A stretch of DNA of 64,000 nt from Trichoplax adhaerens (Eukaryota; Animalia; Placozoa). The stretch is from positions 310,001 to 374,000 of the forward strand of contig NW_002060954.1 in the NCBI RefSeq assembly GCF_000150275.1, given 5' to 3'. The stretch's first letter is position 1. Each line of letters starts with the position of its first letter. The notes beneath the pieces are model-generated. The model was given only the letters and a program-made list of their open reading frames with translations, was not told the origin of the DNA and searched no databases. The position numbers and the translations under genes are program-made. Positions 31,901 to 41,838 of this stretch are shown here, in pieces.

Positions 31901-33109
31901 AACACACGAAGAAATATTGATACTACCGCAACGATATTTCATGCTAAATGAAGTTAATACAGATTGGCATCTCTTGTCGGCAACGACTTAGTGTGGGTTT
32001 AGTGATTGAGTTTAATCACGACGATGGCGATGTTACTGTTAAATATTACGTGGTGCATTTATGATATTAATTTTTTATATTTATTACAACAAAGAATTGT
32101 TCGACTGAAGGAGTCTCTGGCCATGTATTCGAATGTAAATTATATTTTATGGCTTCTTGAGAATAAGATCGGATTTATAGCAACTGTATCAGTGGTCAGT
32201 TTCTATAAAAACTCAAATGGGCAAATATAGCAAAACGTTAAATTATATTACTTATTGTTCTGTGAGCGAGTCGTGCTGACCTGTACACTCGTGTTTCAAT
32301 CTCTTTAGCTGAATTTCTTCTAGCAATCTGATTACTCTCGAACCCAATGCAAGAACTTGATTGGAATTTTTCCTTATCATTTAATTTGCATCTTAACGCA
32401 GTCTCTTTAGCATTCTTATATTGCAAGGATGTACGATTCATTTGTCTCCATTCGGCTAAAAACTGCTATAAACAATAATTCACAAATAAATACCATTTTT
32501 ATCTATCAAAATATGGGTGAGGTAATAAGCTATTGATAGGAAGTATACACGTATAATGAGAATGAATTAAAAATGAAATTGATTATGCCCAAGGAACAGG
32601 TCTGTGTTAGAATCCAATTTGATATTCAGATACTAGCGAAGTGAGAATATCTGATATGCTGTAAGTGATAACCTATACTACTCACTGGTTGCCATGTTCA
32701 GTCAGTTATCTGTGCATTGTTCCAAAGTATAGGAAGAGCAATGCAACAGAATAATTTAGCAAATCCGAAGCTAATTACATAATAAGAGACCGTTACTAAC
32801 ATTAAGCCATAATGAGGTTAAAACGATGTATGTACGAAGCAGATATAGAGTAGTTGCTGCATCAGAGATAGCGCAATTTAGGAATCATAATTACGATGCT
32901 AAACTGTGCATTTTATAATGAAAATCATCTAATCTAAACTAAAATAAAATACCAACCGAATCTCGCGGTGCTTCCAAAGCAGAAGATATTTCTATAACAG
33001 GCAATGAACTTGCATGATCAATGTTGTGTTCTTCTGTCAACATTAATAACCTGCCTAACATTAGTTCACTTGCTAGTTGATCAATAAATTTCGATTTTCG
33101 ATTCATCAT
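25939..33109 (-). CDS. SANBR: SANT and BTB domain regulator (SANBR / KIAA1841) homolog
   Basis: HPIVIHVYDDANQ|ITKDFICPRELLVKEMQYFAECL..DIDISVHCDIKIFRWLMEYVK, NVIPIIISADYLKMNKL|VDECL, IKDPKDKIT|KLYQKKLEELF, FWSQINYLRCINC, and C-terminal KWNEDMQREE and QTGLYYMIEKKF. These motifs match the KIAA1841 family as I recall it. Start ATG and last exon are approximate. Confidence 0.85.
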
Positions 33110-33179
33110 GGTTTCGTAACCCTTTAGAAACGAAAGCACAGAGCTGAGCAGTTGGTAAATAACTAAAATTTAAAGCCCA

Positions 33180-33345
33180 TGATGTACAGTATGGTAATTT
33201 TCGCTACAAGTTGATTTTGAGCTTTCTTTATTCCATTATTAGATACGCATACAGTATACGGCACTGTATTATACTGTATATAATTAATTAATTAACTGCA
33301 TGATATTGATAGTGTACTGTACTGTACAGTGTACCGTATACAGAC
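33180..33345. promoter_or_regulatory. Short TACAG/CTGTA cluster at the SANBR 5' end
   Basis: gtacagta, tacagtatacggcactgtattatactgta and gtgtactgtactgtacagtgtac lie just upstream of the SANBR start exon. Confidence 0.45.
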
Positions 33346-33444
33346 GTGTCAGGATATATTGTCCAGCTCTTCCAATGCCCAATTGCCCATCTCTTTCTCA
33401 GACAGACGGACGAGGCTGAATGTTTCAGTTTTTTAGCGTCACTG

Positions 33445-34058
33445 ACTGACCTGAAATGCGGCAGCGCTAGGCATTCGAAGTTTTTTAGCTATTAAACTTG
33501 AAAAGTAACCTGACCCAGAAGTTGATAATACTAAAATGTAATTAATTTAGATTCTCACAGTTGATAAATTAAACTGCAGGTCGGTGTTTTTACGCAGGGT
33601 TCAGATTTATGATAGGAGCTCCTAATACCCTGTAAATGCCTGCTAATTAACTATAGCTATAATAGCTAGCATGAAAAAATTTAAAATTTAATATTATTTT
33701 TCTTGTATAGTACAGTAATTAAGCATTAAATTTAAAGTTTATTGGAACGTTTTTTTATTGTATCTAATTAGATACAATAAAAAAGAACGTTCAAATTCAC
33801 AATAGCTAAGATATATTACATTTACCTGGATAAACTCAGATTTTTCATGACCACGAATTAGCATGATATATACTGTATATAAATAGGCAATACGGTATAA
33901 TAATCCAATAACAATTTAAATTCAATAGCTTAATTTATTAACTGTGAGAATCTAAATTAATCACATTTTAGTATTATCAACTTCTGGGTCAGATTGCTTT
34001 TCAAATTTAATAAGCTAAAAATCGTCGGATGCCTAGTGCTACCACATTTTAGGTCAGT
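33445..34058. mobile_element. ~614-bp foldback / MITE-like non-autonomous element with ~127-bp inverted arms and a central 34-bp perfect palindrome
   Basis: 33445-33571 is the reverse complement of 33931-34058 (about 12 mismatches plus 1 indel by eye). 33751-33784 ttttttattgtatctaattagatacaataaaaaa is a perfect palindrome. No ORF and no clear TSD. Confidence 0.7.
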
Positions 34059-35437
34059 TGTACTTTACTGCAGAGATACAGACTCTAATTAATTATACTG
34101 TACGTCCTGTATACTCGTATATTATTAGACTGCCTGCAATGCTCGCTCTAGATATATCAAAGATCAGATTTTTCTTTGATATTATCATTATAATATCAAG
34201 CGCAGTTCCTATCAGGATACTTTCGAGACGATGCACACTGTACTACAGTACTCATTGTGTGCAACGAAGTGTCTTCTGGTCCGAGAAGTACTGTGCAGCA
34301 CTATATTATCCTTAATAGTTCATGGCCTAAAGCTGTCAGATAGTGTCTCAACGTGATTCTCACGATAGTATAACTGTTATCATCGCGATGAGAACATGTA
34401 GGCTGGTAGTAGATAGTAGATAACAAAGTTTGTTATCTAATATTGGATAACTGACATCACTAGGACACACACGGCTATAAAAACAAACAATACTATTTAC
34501 GTATACCGTCTCAGTAATATACAAAGTTTTTCTCAATTTATGAGTGCTCGCTTTTCGTAGGTCTATGGAATGCCCATGCCTGAATAGCAGATCACTTTTA
34601 CACATGATTGTATTTTTGATAAGAATCTAATATTTTGACTTATAATTAATTCACTCAGACAAGTTTAGTTGGATGTAGCATTTGATTCATTCAATGACAT
34701 GAATCCACACTGATCGCGCCTCCAGTACTAATGCATAATTCCTATATTCCAAAAAAACATTTATGAGAGTAAAATTGTAATTTCCTGTTATATAGTAATA
34801 CAAGTTAATTTATGTAGCCTTTCTGATTTTGATGACATATTCACCTAAATTTTAAAATATGTCACAAACGCTACGTCACAGTTAACACATGAGGAAAATT
34901 TTTTATGCCCTTTACAATCTACAGCACCAAGAACTTATATTATTGTTATTCTAGTTGTTATGCAAGGCTTTACAAGTACTGTAGTAAGTGCTATCACCAG
35001 TGCTATTTACTAAACTTACTACCCAGTAGGTTTAGTTCCTGTTAATACCGTAGTTTCTACATTAAACTCTATTAACTCGCGAACTACATGTTTTCATTTG
35101 TAGATCAGATAACTTTATTTTTCTATTAATATACTTGAAATAATTCGTAAAAATTAGGTATTTACAATTCGATCAACAATTCTAATTAAGAACAAGTACG
35201 ACTAAACTACGAGCGTTAGTTCTGGAATAGGATGTCAAAACCACGCCATCGATTATAATATGTAGAAGTCAGCGAGATGAATGACATAATTAAACTTTTT
35301 CTACCAAACTTTCAGTGTCAATAGATTAGCACTGTAAGTCTGTGACCAGTACCAAATTCCGTGTAGAGGAATTCTTTATATTTTTCTCATTGTCAGATGT
35401 TTCGCTAGCACTGTACGTATCGTGACTCATCGTTTCT

Positions 35438-37582
35438 TCATAACGATTTACTTTCTAACATCTTTGCTGCATCGTCCTTACATGAGGGATCAGGTATATC
35501 TTTATATGAAGTATCTAAATCGGATTCTGCTGGTATAATACGATTTACATCTAAATCAAGACAGAAGATTCATACGAACTATAAATTATGGAAGCGACAG
35601 TTTGATTATTGTCAATTTTATTTTTAACACTTACGACAACGTCATTACCTTCTTTCTCAGACTTATCGGCATCAGCGGAGGCTTCTTGTAAACAACAATC
35701 ACTCGCGTTCGATCTATTTTGATTGTTTTAATTTCCAAGTTGATTATCAAAGTTATACCACGATAAAGATTAAGTTAGTTAATTACTTAAAAAATACTTT
35801 TAGATATATTTACAGTATAATTACGTAACTAAATCACGATATTTTAAGTTCTATTGCTTTCAATAGCTTAACACAATGTTATGGTAATATCTAACATCGA
35901 CATGTTTTTGTCTTCTGAAAACTTCCATTCCTTAGTATTTTCATTATCTGATGCGGGAACACTGGCGGACTCTTCTTTATTTTCCAATACGAATAAATTT
36001 GTAGTATTTTCACTGTCCGCTGGTAAAATGATTAAAAATATCTTGTAACTCTTTTATCATATTATGGAACCAATTCGTACTTACAATCATTGCTTTCACC
36101 ATCGGAACCAATCGTAAAGGAGACTTGACTCTTACTGACATCTATATAGTAGAAGATATATTGATTATCATCAAAAAATATGAAAGAAGGTAAAGCTACG
36201 GAATATAAATGAACAATAATATATAGTCTAAGTATTGAGTCAAAACAGTTTAAATATGCCACCTTGACTTGGGCAGATTTTCTTTGGCGTAGGCTCTTGG
36301 TCATCAGCTTGAATACTTCCTTCATTGCCTTCAACTACGAAACTATCATTGTAATTCAGTGAAATTGAACTACTATTTATATCTGTAAGAATTAGAATAT
36401 ACACGGTTTAAAATCCTTTTATCTAGTAAAGCAATGTAGACGTTTAGGCTATTCAGCGTACGAAATATAGTAGAACCTTAAGACAATCTATTAACAGTTG
36501 CGCATCGATTTTACCTGAAACTTCATCATCAAATCTGTCTCTTTTGTCTCCAACAGCCAGAGCTTCATCCTTGTTTAAAGTTGTCTGTTAACATACGAGT
36601 ATATGGAAATAGTTTACTGTTAGTAGTTAAGTTAATCTACAATTCAGTTGTAGAAAGAGCATCAATATTCACAATGCTCGTATAACGATTCCAAGAAATG
36701 GATTCGAAAGTAAATACATTACTGTACAGTATAAAACCAAGTCTGTGCTCAACTAAGTACAAAATATATTATTACGCACTTGTATAAATAACCATTAGAT
36801 CATTTGTGAAATATCATTAAATTAATATTACAAAACAAGGGTTTGTACTGTACCTGGTTCGGTTTGGGTTCAGTAACTATTAAGAAAATATTCAAAAATT
36901 ATTTTAGGTAATGACTGATAGGATTCATTACTCGTACAAATTATAATAATAAAATCGTGATAAAGCTATGCTAATTAACAGTGAAATATATTTATTATAC
37001 TATCTACAAAGTTATCATTATTTGAATAACATCCGACTAGTGATACTTTGCGTATTTGTACTGTCTAGACTCTTAAACATACTGTACTATAATACTTATA
37101 TCATTACATCATTATTTATTATTAATTTTATTTTATCATACGAATACTGTATTTGAAAGTCGAATAGCTATAAACGTGTATAGTGTACTGTACTGTGTTT
37201 TCCCTTGTCGACACGTCTTCTTATCTACAATGCTTACTAGGGACCCATTTATATGTCTTAAGAGAGCATCCCTTAACATCAACCCATTTCTTTTCCCTAT
37301 AATAAGTTAATAATACGATTTAAAATAAGTAATCCTAAATAAATCTAACTGATAAATCTAAATCTTATTTTATCAATTAATGAATGAACAAAGAGCGGCA
37401 TTTATAGAATAGCATTCCAGCATTTTCGGAAATATTCCACGGGCACGCTAGTAACGATTACTGTAATAGCCATGGGGAAAGAAAGCTTACCATTTCCTGA
37501 CTTTGTCAATTGCGGTTAATATTCTCTTTACATCTTCTTTAGCTCGACTACGAGTTTCCAGCCGTAGAAATCCACGAGGCAT
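35438..37582 (-). CDS. BCL7: BCL7-family SWI/SNF (BAF) subunit; 3' end approximate
   Basis: Exon 1 (37582-37491, 92 nt) plus exon 2 (37296-37238) give MPRGFLRLETRSRAKEDVKRILTAIDKVRKW|EKKWVDVKGCSLKTYKWVP, the BCL_N domain. Small acidic low-complexity exons follow (36876-36854, ~36584-36515, ~36333-36262, ~36141-36082, ~36019-35900, ~35686-35649, ~35550-35438). Confidence 0.9.
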
Positions 37583-37659
37583 TACGATAGTAATTGTCGA
37601 TGATTATATTTATTTATTTCAATTTTTTACAAACTTATGTTAGAACACACAAAATCTAT

Positions 37660-38580
37660 GAAGAACTGTACTGTACAGTACTGTCACTGAGAAAAAACTA
37701 TGGTGTACAGTACAGTACACTATGTACAGTAAGTGTGCATACAGTACAGTACAGTACAGTACAGTGTCATTACGTATTGTGCTGTACAGTACAGTGGATC
37801 AGACGGTGGAGACCTCTACCTCTACAGTAACAGTGTATCGTTTCAGATATACGTTTCAGTTAAAATGACCAGCACTACATTAAACATTAAACATTATATT
37901 ATCAACAACGCTGGCCTTGCCTCCCAGCATGTTTTTCAGTATACAGTACAGTACCTTTTTACCTAATTAGAGGCGGGATTTGTTTCAAACGTACAGTACA
38001 GTATCATGTTTTCTACAGTACAGTGCTGTACAGTACACTGTACAGTACTGTACAGTAGAGTATGGACAACTGTACTGTACAGTAGTTTGGGACAGGGATA
38101 CTGTACTGTACAGTGTACAGTACTGTAGCCTCTTTCCCTACTACTGTACAGCACTAGTGCTGTACTGTACAGTACAGTACAGTACTACAGTATTACAAAG
38201 GGTAAACTGTACAGTACTCCACTGAACTGTACACTGTACAGTTTTACCGTAGCATTAAACGTGCTTTGCGTTACGGTACCGACTCGTAATACAGTATTAT
38301 CTACTGTTGATACAGTACAGTACAGTACAGTATGCCTCCCGTTACTTTACTGAACCCTACCGCAATCAGAAGACTACAGTACAGTACAGTATGCAAAAAT
38401 TCTATTCTGCGGACGGTAACATACATACTGTACGGTACTGTACTGTGCTCGTATTATACAGTATATACAAAACATAAGATCGATCAATTTTATTTTAGAA
38501 ATTAGAAATTAGAAATTATAGTTATCAGTGCATTTATTTATTTGTTAGTTATTTGTATCACTGTACTGTACTGCACAGTA
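37660..38580. promoter_or_regulatory. TACAG/CTGTA pentamer array filling the BCL7-TAF7 head-to-head promoter
   Basis: (ACAGT)5 at 37741, (TACAG)4 at 38311 and many inverted junctions (tacagtactgta, actgtacagt) between divergent ATGs at 37582 and 38642. Confidence 0.65.
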
Positions 38581-38641
38581 TTACGCACTATCTATATTTC
38601 AAGTTTCCTATATAGCATATAGTACAGCAAATTCATGAAGG

Positions 38642-39691
38642 ATGAGCCGATGGCGTGGGGAAGACGCGCAATATGAGCATCAATTCCTAGTACGATTGCC
38701 ACCTGAGGTCGCTAAAGAAGTTAGAGATAGCATTAATGCCAATTCTTACAAGAGGAAGCCATTATCAATAGATTTTTCTGATGATTGCCGCCGTGCGGTC
38801 ATCGAGTATGGTCATGATAAATTATATGGTAAAATGTACGATTTGCCGTGCATAATTGAAAGTCAAAAGACAGTTGACAGAAAAACTTTTTACAAATCAG
38901 CTGATGTTAGTCAATTACTAATATGTAAAGAAGATGCTAGTAGCGACGAGGACATTATAGATGTTAGTTCAATGACTAAAGGAGGAAAAATTTTAAATAG
39001 GAAGGAGCTCAAGAAATATGCTATTATTCATGGCATTTCACCACCTTTAAAAAATGTTCGAAAAAGAAGATTTCGTAAAACTGCAAAAAAGAAATATGCT
39101 CACTCTATTGAAGTTGAAAGGGAATTACGCAGATTGTTTAAAGAAGATGTAGCTGCAGTGAAAGTTTCGTATGAAGTTGTAAAGGTCGAAGAAAAAATTG
39201 ATGATGGGAGAAGTGAAATTTCTGAGCTGGATGGCCTTGACTCAACTGGACCTACGTCTGTGGTTACCAATGTTATATCTACGACAGGGAGCCCCTACGT
39301 CGATGAAATAAATGATGTCAATGACACAGAGATTATGAAAGATAAATGTGATGACGTTGCAGCGATGTTACATATGAGTGATGATGAAATAGAAGAAGAT
39401 AATAAAGTGGAAACTAAAAATAACCCTTCTGAAGCAAATAGTAGAGAACACATAGATTCCACTAATAACAGTATAAGTGCTAATGAAAGGGCTGACATTG
39501 CCAACAAAATAGCGACAGTTGAGGAAGCACTTATAAGATTGCAAGCGAAAATTATAAAAGAGAGGCGCAAGATTGACGAAGTCCCCAACATTTTTCTAAA
39601 AATTCGCCTACAATCTAACCTGGAAAGTTTACTTGAACAAGAGAATGAAAAGCGCGAAGAATTACATGAGTTAAATGTAAGGTTAAATTAA
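38642..39691 (+). CDS. TAF7: TFIID subunit 7, single-exon CDS
   Basis: 349-aa ORF with the TAFII55_N domain: EHQFLVRLP, LYGKMYDLPCIIESQKTVDRKTFYKSADVSQLLIC, HGISPPLKNVRKRRFRK, EVERELRRL, and a C-terminal coil. Confidence 0.96.
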   Translation: MSRWRGEDAQYEHQFLVRLPPEVAKEVRDSINANSYKRKPLSIDFSDDCRRAVIEYGHDKLYGKMYDLPCIIESQKTVDRKTFYKSADVSQLLICKEDASSDEDIIDVSSMTKGGKILNRKELKKYAIIHGISPPLKNVRKRRFRKTAKKKYAHSIEVERELRRLFKEDVAAVKVSYEVVKVEEKIDDGRSEISELDGLDSTGPTSVVTNVISTTGSPYVDEINDVNDTEIMKDKCDDVAAMLHMSDDEIEEDNKVETKNNPSEANSREHIDSTNNSISANERADIANKIATVEEALIRLQAKIIKERRKIDEVPNIFLKIRLQSNLESLLEQENEKREELHELNVRLN

Positions 39692-40303
39692 ATCTAAAAC
39701 TTTATGCAATGCGGAATAGTATTGGCTTGTTCGATTGACTCTGCGTTCGCTGTGCCAGTAACTACTCAGTTAAAAGTACTCATACAATCACATAAGTCTA
39801 CTCTCAGTTCCAAGATAAGAAATATCGTAAATATTAAACCTGTATGAATGTTTGTATGTATTCTTTGGTAGTATTTATTATTTACACCCTTGGCGCCAAA
39901 TTGTAAAATATAACATGCTATAATATGCTACAGTTAATATACGCGAACTTTGGTATGAATCTCTTGTATGTAAACTCGAAAGAAAACTATCGATAATAAA
40001 ATGATGTACTCTTACGTGTAAAGCCCAGTCGATAATTATAATTAATTGAAGGCGTGAGGGTGATACTTTTAATATTAGCAACTCTCTTTTAGAGAAGTGT
40101 TTGGCCTATGTTGTGCAACAAAGTTGCCAGCATGTTCTTCCATTAAAGGAATTTTACTGTAGTATTAATAATATTGAACTTCTAATGATAAGAACCCGTT
40201 GAGATGTACGGAATTATCTATGGATAAAAATTATTTTGTAATCTCTGTAATATTACAGTAGGCGAAATTAGTAATCACGAGCCCGCCTCACTTGGAAGCG
40301 AAC

Positions 40304-40692
40304 AGATTTGGTGGCTGACGAATCAGTCAGTCAATATAGTGCGCTATAGTCTCGATCAGATTATCTTAATAATACAGTATTGTAAAGAAACATGTATTGC
40401 GTCAGAATGTTCGACTAGTCTATTATATTATATCATATCATATATTAAAAAAATTGTAATATCGGGAGCGTGTGATATTCCTACAAATATACTCTAGATT
40501 TGGTGGCTGATGAATCAGTCAATGTAGTGCGCTATAGTCTCGATCAGATTATCTTAATAATACAGTATTGTAAAGAAATATGTATTACGTGAGAGTCTTC
40601 GACTAGTCTATTATATTATATCATATCATATCATATATTAAAAAAATTGTAATATCGGGAGCGTGTGATATTCCTACAAATATACTCTAGAT
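40304..40692. repeat. Tandem duplication of ~192 bp (copies start at 40304 and 40496)
   Basis: agatttggtggctga...ttcctacaaatatactct occurs twice with few substitutions and two microsatellite-length indels. AGAT lies at all three junctions. Confidence 0.92.
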
Positions 40693-41838
40693 ATTGTGAT
40701 TCATTGCATTACGAGATTTTTCGTACATGCTGAACTTATTGTACTAAGCGGTACTCCTTGTCTCATTCAGTGTATTATCGTTACCCACACTTGTACTTTT
40801 CTCCGCGAGAGGAGATTTATTAAGAGTGTAAACAGATTAGGTTAAATCTCTGCTGATATACGTATTTTGCTGTAATAGTTCCTAACCTTAACACTCTACT
40901 ACAGATCGATAATTCTGGTATTTATTTATCATATACGTATTTACAGGGTATTAATATGCACTGTATGCTATACAGCAAGGTATTAGAAACATCAGTATTA
41001 TAAATATTTTATGCTAATAGCCTTGATTAGTTACGGTTGTTTTGCCGCCATTAAACTGCTACATCTACCAGTGAACATGTTTGCATCCCAGATAATTCTA
41101 CTTGATTACATATTACGCACAGCATTTTAGCGTTCGTACATATTCACCATCACGTTTTATTTGCTCGGTTTATCTAAGTTTTCTAACTAGGATTCTATAT
41201 CTTCGTTAATTCAATTTATACTAGTTATGACAAAAAAAGTTATAAATTCTTAAGCTGTACTTATTGTTGCAATAAACGATTGCTAAACAGTGAGTGTATT
41301 AAAGTTAAAGCAGGTTATATTATACGATCGTACGATATTATCTGCAATTTTTTATAATTAAGATTTATAGAAATTCAATAAGAATCCTTATGACATGCTC
41401 GAATCTTAGTAGATATTAAATACTTATGGACCGTGATGGGAACTCACGTCAGAACGTTTAATTAAATGTGGCTTGGATTCCCTAATGCTAGCGCCTGCAT
41501 ACATAATACAGCGCTTGTAATTTATATATAGTGAAAAAAACATAAATATTACGAAGACTGAGCGTATAGGACGCAATGATTTTATATATGATCAGCTGGT
41601 ACGGTACTATGCGCGTCTATAATGTTATACCATACGTATATTCAGGTCTGATATGGACATATTGGTTAGTAACTGCTCACTTAAATTTACAGATAGTATC
41701 CCGCAAACGTTAATGAACAATTTCAGTATCGGCATAAAGTAGGCTAGGGATTTAATCGATATTTGACAATATTAAGTATCTGATATTGATACAACAATAC
41801 CGGATTGTTAATATGATCATACACCATGCTCGTGTTTT

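Noticed and set aside
37660-38580. CRISPR-like appearance of the palindromic repeat arrays
   Set aside because: No constant repeat or spacer lengths, no cas genes, and a eukaryotic intron-containing context.
39295-39591. Antisense or alternative-frame ORFs over TAF7, MRM3 (51505-51762), NIT-GC (43467, 47326) and KIF12 (15074, 11575)
   Set aside because: Shadow ORFs of real coding exons with no recognisable domains.
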